Below are positions 33,739 to 44,933 of a DNA stretch of 64,000 bases, one piece after another. Made by a program: the position numbers and the translations under genes. The notes beneath the pieces are model-generated. The model did not search any database. It had not been told where the DNA came from and saw nothing but the letters and a program-made list of their open reading frames with translations. The stretch comes from Williopsis jadinii. Taxonomy: Eukaryota. Position 1 is the first letter of the stretch, and each line of letters starts with the position of its first letter. The stretch lies in NCBI GenBank assembly GCA_024346625.1, contig AP024666.1, positions 806,001 to 870,000 of the forward strand, read 5' to 3'.

Positions 33739-35022
33739 CTACTCTTCTGGTTTAGTAGTTGACCCATTAGTAGGATGGTTGTTGGTAGACTCTGTTTCTT
33801 CTTTGATATCAGAGGCACCAGTTTCCTCCTTCTTCACCTCTGACTCTTCGTCCTTTGACTCCTCATTTGGTTCTTCAAAGTTCCATGACTCTTCAACATC
33901 TATGGTGACATCAAACCACTCCTTTGCCAATTTCTCTAGTCTCGATCTAACCTTGGACAATTCTCTTGTTGTAAGATCTGGCCTTTTTAAAATGTCAAAG
34001 ATGACTTTATGCAACCCCGTGGCCTTGATAATACCAACATGTGGGTGCTCTGACTTCTCCAGTGAGTCTAGAGTAGTATTGATTTGTTTCAAATTATCAG
34101 TTATCTCTTTCCCAGATAAAAAGGTGGATTGTAATGCTAATCTGGCTTTTAAAAATAGTGGCGTAGTTTTCTTGATGATCTTTGAGATCTCTTCAGATGT
34201 TAGGATATCAACGGCAACTGGTTCACTATCATCATCAGGTGCATCCCAATCTTCATCTGATGAGGTCTCAGGCTCTTCAACGACTTTAGCTTTGGAGCCA
34301 CCTCTCTTCGTTGCTTTCTTCTTAGCAGGTGCAGGTTTTGCTTTCTTTCTTGGTGTGGACTTTGTAGTTTTCCGTGTCCTTTTACTTGTACGTTTTGTCT
34401 CAACTTCTTCATCTGTGAGTAATTCAACATCATCGTCATCTTCTTCCAGCCCTTCCTCCTCAATTGCATCTTCGTCGTCATCGTCAGGAGTTGATTCTCC
34501 ATCCTCGAAATCGGCATCATCGGCTTCGTTATCAATATCAATTGGTTTACCATCGCTTCCATAAATGATGAATTCTTCAACTTCCGGTGGATCAAGTGCC
34601 ATTTCATACGCACTACGGATACCCTTCTTGGGGTTCTTCGACAAAAACTTCTCAATCTGTTCTTTTGTCAACAGCGAAATGTCATTGGCAGTGGCCCACA
34701 TAAAAGTATCATCTCTGAGAAACCTTACACACCACAGTCTTGAATCCTGCTGTGACGTCTGCGACTGCGCTGCCGTTGATTTGCGCCTAGAGCGTGAAGC
34801 TCTGGAGGAGCGTGCTCCAGAGGAAGAAGCCGGCTTCTTAGGCTTAGAGGATGCAACTCCCTCAGGGACGAGATCATCTGGAATCACAATCGCTGGCCAT
34901 GGAGGGAACGACTTCAACTTCGCAAGCACAATAGTGCCCGGTGGATAGTCACCATAATCATCATTGCTGGGCTCAATGGAGGATTCCTTACCAGAATCGC
35001 CAGCCGTAGACTCATTCGCCAT
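33739..35022 (-). CDS. IOC4: PWWP-domain chromatin protein (Ioc4/Pdp3-like)
   Basis: YPPGTIVLAKLKSFPPWPAIV PWWP domain, acidic/basic linker and helical C-terminal domain. Directly downstream of MCM1 on the same strand, as for YMR043W-YMR044W. Confidence 0.7.
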   Translation of the reverse strand: MANESTAGDSGKESSIEPSNDDYGDYPPGTIVLAKLKSFPPWPAIVIPDDLVPEGVASSKPKKPASSSGARSSRASRSRRKSTAAQSQTSQQDSRLWCVRFLRDDTFMWATANDISLLTKEQIEKFLSKNPKKGIRSAYEMALDPPEVEEFIIYGSDGKPIDIDNEADDADFEDGESTPDDDDEDAIEEEGLEEDDDDVELLTDEEVETKRTSKRTRKTTKSTPRKKAKPAPAKKKATKRGGSKAKVVEEPETSSDEDWDAPDDDSEPVAVDILTSEEISKIIKKTTPLFLKARLALQSTFLSGKEITDNLKQINTTLDSLEKSEHPHVGIIKATGLHKVIFDILKRPDLTTRELSKVRSRLEKLAKEWFDVTIDVEESWNFEEPNEESKDEESEVKKEETGASDIKEETESTNNHPTNGSTTKPEE

Positions 35023-35680
35023 GTTTCGTCTAATCTTTACAGTCTTCTCAATACAGTGAATGGACACAGCTCCGTTCACGTTGGAGACAGTTCAGCACAA
35101 AGTTGTTGGCCTTTGTTTACGAAAGCACAGGCTGGAGAGAAACCTCGGATAAATTTCAAAGGGCTAACGTGTTGCGGCGGGCTCGCGAACGTTGGCTCCA
35201 AACAGGCCGTTTGGTTCTTCTCTACGTTGAAATCGAAATTGGAGATTAGAAACAATGTCAGATTTATTATACAATCCATATCCCAATAAACAATGCCTTT
35301 GCCACAGTTGGTGGTCAGTAGTAGTTGTAGATGGAAGAGAGATAGAGAGAACAAAAAAAGGAAGAAGTAACAGCTCAAATAAAAGAAATAACGAAGGAGA
35401 CGAGTAATTGCTTGAGTAAACACCACAATCTTGAGGCCAAAATGTGCTTCAATCAATTGCAATAACATATTAGATCAGGGAAAGACGAACAGCAGTGCAG
35501 CTTCAGTAACGACCAAACCCAAAGTACGGATATTTAGATGTAAAAAAAAAGAGAGAGAAGATGATGGAAGGATAATACCCTCCTCATATCAATCCCCCCT
35601 ATAACCAACATATAACCAACAGAACACTAGTCAAAAAGAACAAAAGCCCAAGTATAGAACCAATAAATCACACCTATAGC

Positions 35681-36322
35681 TCAATATTGGTTCCCTTGGT
35701 TGATTCCACCAAAGTAGGTTTGGTAGACTGCTGTCTGTTCTGGGTTCAAATAGTTAGCATTACCTGGAATGTTTTGTAATCCTGGTTGTTGTTGGTAACC
35801 GCCAGAACCAGCTGGGGGTCTAGAGGCGCTCTGTTGCGACTGCTGGGCCTGTTGGGCTTGAGCTGAGTGCTGTGGGGTGGCTTGTTGCTGTGGCACATTG
35901 TTGCCTTGGCCGGCAGTTGGGGTTGAAGCCTCCTCATCCTCGCCAGACTCTTCAGGTGCGTTCAAACAAGCTTGGATCAGGTTCTTACCCTCAGGTTTGG
36001 TAACCAACGGTTGAAGCTTTGGAGTGGTGAAGGTGTAAACCAGACCAGTCTCGGAAACAACCAAGAGAAGGACCTGGGTACCTGTGAGAACAGACAACTC
36101 GTAAGCTTTCTTCATAATACCGGCTTTTCTCTTGGAAAAGGTGATATGACGTCTAGACTTATCCTGGATAAATCTGATCTCAATTTTTCTTCTCTCCCTG
36201 GTGGTTGGCTTATCGTCGTCATCTTCCAGGTCATCAGCCGGGCCTGAGCCTTGGTTGATTGACTGGTCAACAAGTTCATCTTGTCCCTCACCAGTGAGCT
36301 TTGGATCTGTTATTTCAGACAT
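35681..36322 (-). CDS. MCM1: MADS-box transcription factor Mcm1
   Basis: ERRKIEIRFIQDKSRRHITFSKRKAGIMKKAYELSVLTGTQVLLLVVSETGLVYTF and Q-rich tail. Confidence 0.97.
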   Translation of the reverse strand: MSEITDPKLTGEGQDELVDQSINQGSGPADDLEDDDDKPTTRERRKIEIRFIQDKSRRHITFSKRKAGIMKKAYELSVLTGTQVLLLVVSETGLVYTFTTPKLQPLVTKPEGKNLIQACLNAPEESGEDEEASTPTAGQGNNVPQQQATPQHSAQAQQAQQSQQSASRPPAGSGGYQQQPGLQNIPGNANYLNPEQTAVYQTYFGGINQGNQY

Positions 36323-36334
36323 TTGAAACTATTC

Positions 36335-36678
36335 CTGTTTACAAATCGTTAGTAAACCACATCCTCATTGTACCCCAGACTCTTCAAAGACAGGTGCATA
36401 TGTGTGTAAGCAAGCTCGTTTGATGCGTAATTGGTCTTCTAAACACACACTGGAGCCCATCAGCTTGTGTCCCATTTGTCCAACATTATTCCCCAAACGA
36501 GTAAAATCGCACAAAACGCAAAACGCGAAACTTCTCGGGCAAAGTTTCGTTTTTCTCGTTCCAACAACCCAGTTTTGGTTGTTGTTTATCGTTGTTGTTG
36601 TTTTTTCTGTGTATTTGCCACACCAAACAGAGCTTCATACACACACACGCAATCATCGTCATGGTAGAATAGACATAC
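36335..36678 (-). other. Predicted 5'-UTR intron of MCM1
   Basis: GTATGT at 36678, TACTAAC at 36354-36348, CAG acceptor at 36335 (alternative TAG at 36329), 12 nt before the ATG. Confidence 0.7.
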
Positions 36679-38288
36679 TTTACTAAAGACAATCGACGTC
36701 GAGTAAAACAAAGAGCGATGAGCGTTGTGAAAAAATACAGGCACGTCGTTCTCCCGGTAGGTCAAATTCGTTGTGTTATCCCTTTTCGGTGTAAACAAAC
36801 CTCTTGTTTGATGAAAGAGGAAAGGGTGGAAAAGGTGAAAAGACGAAAAAACAGTTGGAATTGGGAAAATACCCCCGTCTGGGAAACTCGGGGGCAGCTG
36901 AGTTCCGGGCGTTCGCGAATGTTTCTCCAAAGGGGAAAAATTGGCAATGGGCGCCCTCCTCTTTTGGACCGATGTGATTCGCTGATCGGCCCGTTTGGGG
37001 TTTTGGTGTGGGAATTGCGCAAAAAGTAATCACTGCACTCGTAGAACGACGGGGATATTGCTAGGAGAGTCGTGACGATAAGGGTCAATCTGTTTGAGGT
37101 CTGTGAAGCTCAGCTATGGCCATTGTGTCTGGCCAGCTGCTGGTTCGACCTCAGAATCAGGTTGGTGAGGTGGGCAAAGGTCATCGCAGTCTATGTCTAC
37201 ACTACGCAGTAGTCTTAGCTCCAGTATCGGTCACTGTTGGAAGGTTATATATGTCCAATTGGGGGAAAGGAAAACTAAGATATCTAACTATTTATCTCAT
37301 TCTTTCTGAATATCGTCAGAATTCCAAGCTGAGAGTGCCTAAAATACCAAGCGTGGAATTTATCATCCTCTCTTTGGAGACCTCCCACAACACTGTTCAA
37401 TGTAAATGACGCACGTTGAATGTTGTTTTTTTTTTATCTGCCAGATTGGAGGTGGGTGCGTGGGCCTTGGAAAATAATCAACAAGCTCCGTCCGCCTAAA
37501 ACGGAAGACATTTCTTGTAGTACTGGAAACCTCGCTGCACTAACATATAACAAATGTGTGCTGTGGAACTCCACGCTCGGCTAGTTCATTAAGTACGAAT
37601 CATTGTGTGAGAGTTAGCCAGCGTTTTCGCTTGTACACAATGTTCGAAATACGTCCAACTGTATAACTTAACCCCAGCTCTGTATAATTTGAACGAAAAA
37701 GGTTCGGACCAATCAGGAAGACGCCAAGGGCCGTCATTTTCAAATTTCGCTCAACCATCGTGGAGAGGTGTCCTGGAGCGGACGGAGTAATCCACCGTTG
37801 GGAGATCCATAACCAAGATTGACTCAATTATCGTCCACGGAGCTTCAAATGCCCTCTACATCAGACGAGTCTAACTAAATGGTATAAGTGATTAAATTAA
37901 AAAGTAAACAGATGCTCCATACTCAAAAATTATCATCCTGACAGATAACCAAGCCTCTGCAGCAAAAGAATTTATCCATAAACACACCCTCATCTTCCAA
38001 CAGTTAACCCCTTTCACAGTAGAAAGCAGTAATACGACAAAACATCTTCCATATTCTCCAAATACGGATAAAGCCAGTCAGGGGTTGTCAATGGGCAATA
38101 GTAGAATGGTGGGTAGAAAGACAAAACAAATGCAACAAAAACAACAGCCGGCAAACAAAAGATGAGGGACAAATCGGTAAACAAGAGCTGGTTTTTTCTT
38201 ATATTCAAAAAGGGGGTACTAACAAAAAACATCAAAGAAATGGACGAATGAAACAATGCGAGCGAGTGATGAGAAACAGTCACACACT

Positions 38289-38408
38289 TTAGAATTGTTG
38301 CAAAGCAGCTTTTCTCTTGTTGAAGTACTTCATAACTTGGATGATGAAGATGGTAAGACCAACGAGACCAACGAGGACGAAGACAAGAATAACACCGGCT
38401 GGAAGCAT
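38289..38408 (-). CDS. PMP1: Plasma-membrane H+-ATPase proteolipid (Pmp1/Pmp2 family), 39 aa
   Basis: MLPAGVILVFVLVGLVGLTIFIIQVMKYFNKRKAALQQF resembles Pmp1/2 (LPGGVILVFILVGL...LQRF); TATA-like element upstream and long U-rich downstream region. Confidence 0.88.
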   Translation of the reverse strand: MLPAGVILVFVLVGLVGLTIFIIQVMKYFNKRKAALQQF

Positions 38409-40238
38409 TTCGGATTGGATATCTAGAAGATTAGTTTGAAATAGAAAAAACAAGCAAAGGTCTTTTGAAATTTCAAAGAATTGGGAGAAAGAGAGGGTTT
38501 TTAAAATGAATCCATCCACAATTTTTGGGAAATGGCGGGCTGCTTTTATACAAAAAACTTCGCATTTGCGCCAAACCATACAGGAAAGCTATACAGAATC
38601 GGGTAAAACGCCTCCCATTCAGGACATTTTCGTTTCGTCAACAATCCAAACCGGTAAGAATCGCGGTGTTTAATTCGCAAGCGATGTTTTGAAAAATCCT
38701 CAGAGGACAACAAGATGCACGCATTTGCGCAATTTGCGAAGCTTTGAGGACGAAATTGAGATGCAAAACCGAAAAAAGCTGGAAATCAAAACAAAAAATA
38801 CAGCGCGGCAATGCCGACGAGGCCGTTTCCCTTCAGATTTTATAACGCTTGAGAAGGCTCACACAGAAGAATGGGAAAGAGAAGCCACCGTCTCCTGCGC
38901 TGCAAGAGGGAAAAAATTCCAATCCGCTGCGCTTTATCTCGAAGAAGACAACTACCGTCATCATACATATGGCTGGCGGTTTTCGTTTACCTTCCTGCCT
39001 TGAGCCCGAATTGTCAACTCAGACCTCGATGATAAATACCTCTGATGCTTCCACAATTAATGGAGAAGAATCGTTCAATGTCAGGGAAATCTCTGTAATG
39101 ACTTTAGAATACTGAGACTACTAATTCCACCTCGATGATCACTGTCTTTTCCTTCTAGCGTGTGTGTGTTTTTTGTGCTCGCAACTACTGACGGTGGTTT
39201 GGACAAATTCGTGCGTTAACGGGAGTTTGGGACGAAAAAAACGTAGCAGCTACCAACTCTAATAGTACACAGCTGACACACGAATATCGACGGAAAGCCC
39301 CTATGGCAAGCTCCTGAGTCATCCATATCTCACACTAAAACATATTTAAATATCTGGTCCACTCCATGCTCAAAACGGAAACGAGAAAAGTGTCTGCGTT
39401 GTAATTGTATGTATGTTACTGCCTTCCTCCCTAAGAGGATTCGACCACCGTTGATGTCCCAAAATCCTCAAATTACCTGCCGCTAGGAAAAAAAATAAAC
39501 AAATAAAAAACTCAAAAACAGTCTTCGAAAGTGCGCCTTTTTTTTTGATCGCGGGGACTTTTTATCCGCGGCGAGTTGCGCATTTGCGCTTTGGAGAGTT
39601 GAGGAAAAACAGAATGAGCTTCTAGGAGCGTTGTAAAAGTCGTGCAACCGTCAACATGTGCGAAGCCGACAGAATGGACTAAAAGGAAGAACATAGGATA
39701 ATTTGTAACTGGACCTTGTTCCTCCAACTTGTTCCTCCAACTTGTTCAGGGCCACGAATTGAAATGTCCGTCGCGTCTTGTGAGAAAAGACGTTTTACCC
39801 TTAATTTACCGACTTCCTTGGGCCAACGAGTTCTGCCCAATCCGTCGTTGTCGTCATTGTCTCGTCGTCGCGGGCCACGATAAGAACGTGTGCCGATTAG
39901 GGAAAACTTTAAAAACACTAAACTGAAGTAACCATGGCAACACTCTATCTCAGATGGAAGTGTACATCAACGGCATTCACCGATGGGCACTCTCGCACGT
40001 ACAACAAGCATTACAACGTGTATGTATGTACGAGTTCTGTCGAACAGCGGAGTTGGTTAAGAGACTGACTAAATCGTAGCGTAGGTAACGATCTCAAACA
40101 TCTTTCAATCGCAACAGACTTGTATATTGAAGTATGTGTTAAGTTTTTCACGAAAACTCTGGCACGCTGTCGACGCTTACATTTCCGCTACATTCAATCA
40201 ATATTGAAAAGGCATAAATCAGACACATACATATATCT

Positions 40239-43200
40239 TCATGCCACGGTGTACTCGACCGAAAAAGTCCACGTTCCTGTCTTTGAATCGTAGGACTCGA
40301 ACTTGGTTCCCGGTTGGTTTTGTAGTCTCTGTAAATGCTTCTTGTACAGCGCATGGGACACATCCTTTATTGGTTTCCTTGTGTCCCTCGCCAATGGGAA
40401 ACACCCCTCCAGTGTGATCTTTGCAGGAATGTTCAAGCCCTCGCCCTTTCCAGGCGCAATCATAAGGTCCTGTGGGTATACAACACAAGATTGTCTTAAG
40501 AATACTATCACCCCTCCAGGAATCGATGCCAATGAGCCTTGTGTGGTTAAGTCAACGTCCTTCAAAAACTCAATCTTTCCAAAGCCTCTGCGTCCAACTA
40601 CAAAGCCACTGACTTTGCGCAGCTCCAAGAGAGACATGTTCTCAAGTTGATCCAACGATGGGGACATCCAGTAGCCATCCTCATCTACAAAAGAGATGTC
40701 CTCTTCCCTGGTTGGTTTTATGTTCTTCGTTTCACTCACCTCACTTGCACGGGTCTCAGCTGGAGACTTACGTTCCTCCAATCTCAACACAGGCTTGTTT
40801 TCAGGCTCTTCATCATTGGTGGAATTTGAGATTGCCTTCTTAGGAGTGGCAGTGTTGAACAATGTCTTCTGAGTCTTTGTACTATTGGACAAGATGAAAT
40901 CGCCTAACAGTGCTTCGTCAGTAGCACTGCCCAATAGGTTGACTGGAGACTTCGTAGAAGTTGCCAGGGCATTGGCATTGGTGGTTTTTGGGCTTCCAGA
41001 TGGTGAGTTCTTGTGAGACGATGCAACAAATAAAGGCTTTGGAGCAAGTCTGTATGCATCGGTGAGAGTTGGTTGCTTCAACTCGGTAGATACTGGCTTA
41101 GCAATAGCCAATGGGTGTACTTGAGTAGCTTGACTTTGACCAGTATTCCCAGGTTCGCCATTGAATAAGAAACTACTTCCATATGGATTAGAGTCAATAG
41201 TGGCAACTAGTGGATAACCTTGACCAGCTTGTTGTTGCTGTTGGGATTGTTGCTGTTGCTGACCAAACGATTGTTGTTGTGCTTGTTGTGGCTGTGATAA
41301 GAAACTGCCCTGTTGAGGTTGTTGTGTTTGACCTCCAAAGAGACCGCCCGATCCAGAAGCTATTGATGAACTACCACTCGAACCAAACAAGGATGGTTTG
41401 TTCTGTGTGTTACTGTTTCCAAATAACCCACCAGATTGTTGAGTCGTATTATTGGCGTTACCAAATAGACCACCAGCAGGAGCTGCAGGTTTGTTTCCGA
41501 ATAAACCACCACTAGTATTCAAATTTGAAGTGGAGTTGGTGTTATTGGTACCGAATAGACCACCGGACTGTTGGGCTGTACCACCTAGTGCTCCACCAGC
41601 ATTGTTGCTGGTGTTGTTTCCAAATAGCCCACCTCCAGTAGTGGTGGATGGAGCACCGAACCCAGTGGTGGTTTTATTCCCAAAGAGACCGCCTCCACTG
41701 TTTGCAGTGTTAGTAGCACCAAATCCAGTAGTTGCTGGTTTGTTACCAAATCCTGTTGAGGCAGTGGTGTTGGTATTAGCATTACCAAACAGTCCCCCGG
41801 ATGTTGCAGTGGTATTGTTATTCGCACCAAAGAGGCCACCAGTGTTGGTGCCAAACCCAGTTGTTTTGTTGGCATTGTTATTTCCAAATGCGTTAATGGT
41901 GTTGTTATTAGCTGGTGTGGATGGATTTCCAAATAACCCCCCAGAGTTGTTATTAGCATTGTTGTTACCGAATAACCCACCGGATGTGTTGTTAGAGGCG
42001 TTATTACTGAGCCCAAATCCAGTGGAAGTGTTGTTGGTGGTCGTCGTCGTGTTTCCAAACCCAAAAGCTGGTTTGGACTGACTGGCACCAAATGGACTTG
42101 CAGTGTTGGTTGCACCAAAGGCGTTATTTGTGTTGTTAGCTGAACCAAATAAACCACCAGATGTACCTGTGTTTGAGGCACCAAAAGCACCTCCAGCGTT
42201 GTTATTGGTCGAACCAAATAGCCCACCGGAAGTATTGGTGGTGTTATTGTTCGTCCCAAATGGTGATTGATTGTTGTTGGTTGAACCAAACATCCCACCA
42301 GAGTTGCTATTATTCATACCAGAACCGCCAAACGCTGATGTTTGGTTGTTAGTGTTGGAACCAAACATTCCTCCTGTTGATGCTCCGAACCCTGATGGTT
42401 TGGCAGCACCAAATGAAGATCCAAAGCCCCCAGTAGTAGTGTTATTGGATGCTCCAAATGCATTGGAAGTCTGATTAGTACTTCCAAACAGTCCACCAGA
42501 TGTGTTCGTGTTGTTGGCCCCAAATGCAGATCCAAATCCACCAGACGTGTTGTTGGCATTAGCACTGCCAAACAGTCCACCAGAGGTATTGTTATTATTG
42601 TTCGAACCAAACGCATTGGAGCTTCCAAATCCGGTGTTCGTATTGGTAGCACCAAATGGAGAGCCCGTCGTGGAGCCAAATCCTCCAGTTTGCGATTGTT
42701 GATTACCATATCTTCTTCCTTGCTCATAATCTTGCGCTCTCAATTCCTCAAAAGAGTAATTTCTGTACTCTGGCATCGATGATATATTCTCAAACACATT
42801 AGTTGCTCCAGTGGCATCTTTCTCTGTGTAAGCTTGGAAAGGTTTAATGGCGGTGCCTTGATTCTGTCCGGCACTTCCCAATCCTCCAAACCCTGACCCT
42901 GCTGAGGACCCAAACGGAGAGCTGTTTTGAGTCTGACCAAACATCGTGCCGGTCGTTCCAAACCCTGAAGATGCCGGCTTAGCGCCAAAGATACCGCCTG
43001 TTGACGCAGTGTTGTTGTTATTCGACCCAAAGGCTGAAGATGCTCCAAACCCAGCGGTTGTATTACTAGTGTTGTTCACAGCGGCACCAAATGGAGACGT
43101 ATTTGCTGTATTTGTAGAGCCAAACATTGTAGAACCCGTAGGCTTAGCACCAAATCCACCACTCGATGCACCTGAACCAAATGCTGACGTCGCATTGTTG

Positions 43201-43343
43201 TTGGTGTTTGATCCAAACATACTGCCACCGGTGGATCCAAACCCTGTGCCAGTATTAGTAGCGGTATTGCCACCGCCAAAAGCAGATCCAGTGTTACTTC
43301 CAAATCCACCAAATCCACTGGTGTTGTTGGTACTTCCAAACAT
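40239..43343 (-). CDS. NUP116: GLFG nucleoporin with GLEBS motif (Nup116/Nup100 type)
   Basis: FG/GLFG repeats, GLEBS (FENISSMPEYRNYSFEELRAQDY), and a C-terminal Nup98-type domain ending WTFSVEYTVA with no HF/S cleavage site or Nup145C part. Confidence 0.88.
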   Translation of the reverse strand: MFGSTNNTSGFGGFGSNTGSAFGGGNTATNTGTGFGSTGGSMFGSNTNNNATSAFGSGASSGGFGAKPTGSTMFGSTNTANTSPFGAAVNNTSNTTAGFGASSAFGSNNNNTASTGGIFGAKPASSGFGTTGTMFGQTQNSSPFGSSAGSGFGGLGSAGQNQGTAIKPFQAYTEKDATGATNVFENISSMPEYRNYSFEELRAQDYEQGRRYGNQQSQTGGFGSTTGSPFGATNTNTGFGSSNAFGSNNNNNTSGGLFGSANANNTSGGFGSAFGANNTNTSGGLFGSTNQTSNAFGASNNTTTGGFGSSFGAAKPSGFGASTGGMFGSNTNNQTSAFGGSGMNNSNSGGMFGSTNNNQSPFGTNNNTTNTSGGLFGSTNNNAGGAFGASNTGTSGGLFGSANNTNNAFGATNTASPFGASQSKPAFGFGNTTTTTNNTSTGFGLSNNASNNTSGGLFGNNNANNNSGGLFGNPSTPANNNTINAFGNNNANKTTGFGTNTGGLFGANNNTTATSGGLFGNANTNTTASTGFGNKPATTGFGATNTANSGGGLFGNKTTTGFGAPSTTTGGGLFGNNTSNNAGGALGGTAQQSGGLFGTNNTNSTSNLNTSGGLFGNKPAAPAGGLFGNANNTTQQSGGLFGNSNTQNKPSLFGSSGSSSIASGSGGLFGGQTQQPQQGSFLSQPQQAQQQSFGQQQQQSQQQQQAGQGYPLVATIDSNPYGSSFLFNGEPGNTGQSQATQVHPLAIAKPVSTELKQPTLTDAYRLAPKPLFVASSHKNSPSGSPKTTNANALATSTKSPVNLLGSATDEALLGDFILSNSTKTQKTLFNTATPKKAISNSTNDEEPENKPVLRLEERKSPAETRASEVSETKNIKPTREEDISFVDEDGYWMSPSLDQLENMSLLELRKVSGFVVGRRGFGKIEFLKDVDLTTQGSLASIPGGVIVFLRQSCVVYPQDLMIAPGKGEGLNIPAKITLEGCFPLARDTRKPIKDVSHALYKKHLQRLQNQPGTKFESYDSKTGTWTFSVEYTVA

Positions 43344-43577
43344 AGCGCCAGTGTTTTCTATCCAGCTTGATGTTATTCTCCTTTATTTGAAGTGTTGTTT
43401 TCCTGATGAGCCTCTGTGTTTGTGTTGTTTTTTTTTGCTTGATCTTTCCCCTCGCCCGCGAACTTGTTTTATGTTTGGGGATCCTTCTCAATTCCGATGA
43501 AACATTCGGAATTCCATATTTTTAAACTCTGGGACACGTCCCAAATGTCCCGAAAGAAAAACATCACTGGACATTTA

Positions 43578-43583
43578 ACGCGT
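43578..43583. promoter_or_regulatory. MCB element (ACGCGT) upstream of RAD27
   Basis: ACGCGT ~60 bp before the ATG of a replication gene; MBF regulation is established for this gene class. Confidence 0.45.
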
Positions 43584-43638
43584 TCTGTCCCATCTCATCG
43601 CATCTCGTCATCGCACCAGTTTCATAAAACAACTAGCA

Positions 43639-44849
43639 ATGGGTATTAAAGGTAAGTGGATGTGTGTTTTTTATAGACCTTCAATGTACGTTGCGCATGT
43701 GTACTGACATATATAGGGTTGAACAACCTTCTTAAGGAGAATGCTCCGCTGGCGTCTAAATCTAACGAGATTAAGACGTTCTTTGGTCGGAAAGTTGCCA
43801 TTGACGCGTCCATGTGTTTGTATCAGTTTCTGATCGCTGTTAGACAACAGGACGGTCAGCAATTGACCAATGATGATGGTGAGACAACGTCTCATCTGAT
43901 GGGAATGTTCTATCGAACTTTGAGAATGATTGACAACTCTATCAAACCTTGTTATGTGTTTGACGGAAAGCCACCTGTGCTGAAAGGTGGAGAGCTGGAG
44001 AAACGTCTTGCGAGAAGGGAACAGGCTACTAAGAATATCGAAGCCCTCAAGGAATCCGGGACTGCTGAAGAGTTGGCCAAGTTTGAAAGAAGAACAGTGA
44101 AAGTTACCAGGGAGCAGAATGAAGAGGCTAAGAAGCTTCTGGACCTTATGGGTATTCCATACGTTAATGCGCCTTGTGAAGCTGAGGCACAATGTGCTGA
44201 ATTGGCAAAAGGTGGTAAAGTATACGCCGCAGCATCTGAAGATATGGACACGTTGTGCTATAAGACACCGTTCCTGTTACGCCATTTGACATTCTCAGAA
44301 CAGAGAAAAGAGCCGATCCAAGAGATCGACGTTGCCAAAGTTCTGGAGGCCTTGGAAATGGACCAAAAACAATTCGTGGATCTATGTATCTTACTCGGAT
44401 GTGACTACTGTGAAAGCATCAGAGGTGTTGGCCCTGTCAGCGCTTTCAAACTCATCAAAGAGTACGGAACCATCGAAGGTGTACTTGAGTTCATCAAGAG
44501 CAATCCTGATTCCAAATACAAAATTCCCGAAGACTGGCCATATGAAGGAGCAAGAGAGTTGTTTTTGAACCCAGATGTCATCCCAGCGAAGGACGTTGAG
44601 TTGAAATGGAGAGAACCAGATGAGGCAGGTCTCTTAAAGTTTATGGTGGAAGAAAAGGGCTTCTCTGAGGAGAGAATTAAAAGCGGTATCGAAAGATTGA
44701 AGAAAGGTTTGAAGACCACATCACAAGGAAGATTAGATGGGTTCTTCAAGGTTAGACCAAAAACGCCTGAGGAGCTCGCCAAGGCAAAGAAGAAGAGACA
44801 GGCAGAGGAAGCTGCTAAGAAGAAGGGAAAGAAGCTCAAAAAGAAGTAA
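43639..44849 (+). CDS. RAD27: Flap endonuclease 1, 2 exons (43639-43651, 43717-44849)
   Basis: MGIKG|LNNLL after removing intron 43652-43716 (GTAAGT..TACTGAC..TAG); [26 protein letters not shown] and PIP box QGRLDGFF. Confidence 0.97.
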
Positions 44850-44933
44850 ATAGTATTGTAATGATATATTGAATGCGGTTTGTCCATTCTGTTTTCTTTT
44901 TCCATTAGATGATCGGTACACATTAGTAATGTC

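Noticed and set aside
33779..34948. Long plus-strand ORFs antisense to IOC4 (and similar ones opposite NUP116, TOM1, PRP3)
   Set aside because: Shadow ORFs produced by low-complexity acidic or FG-repeat codons on the coding strand.
39716..39747. 13-bp tandem duplication (cttgttcctccaa)
   Set aside because: Short local slippage with no associated structure.
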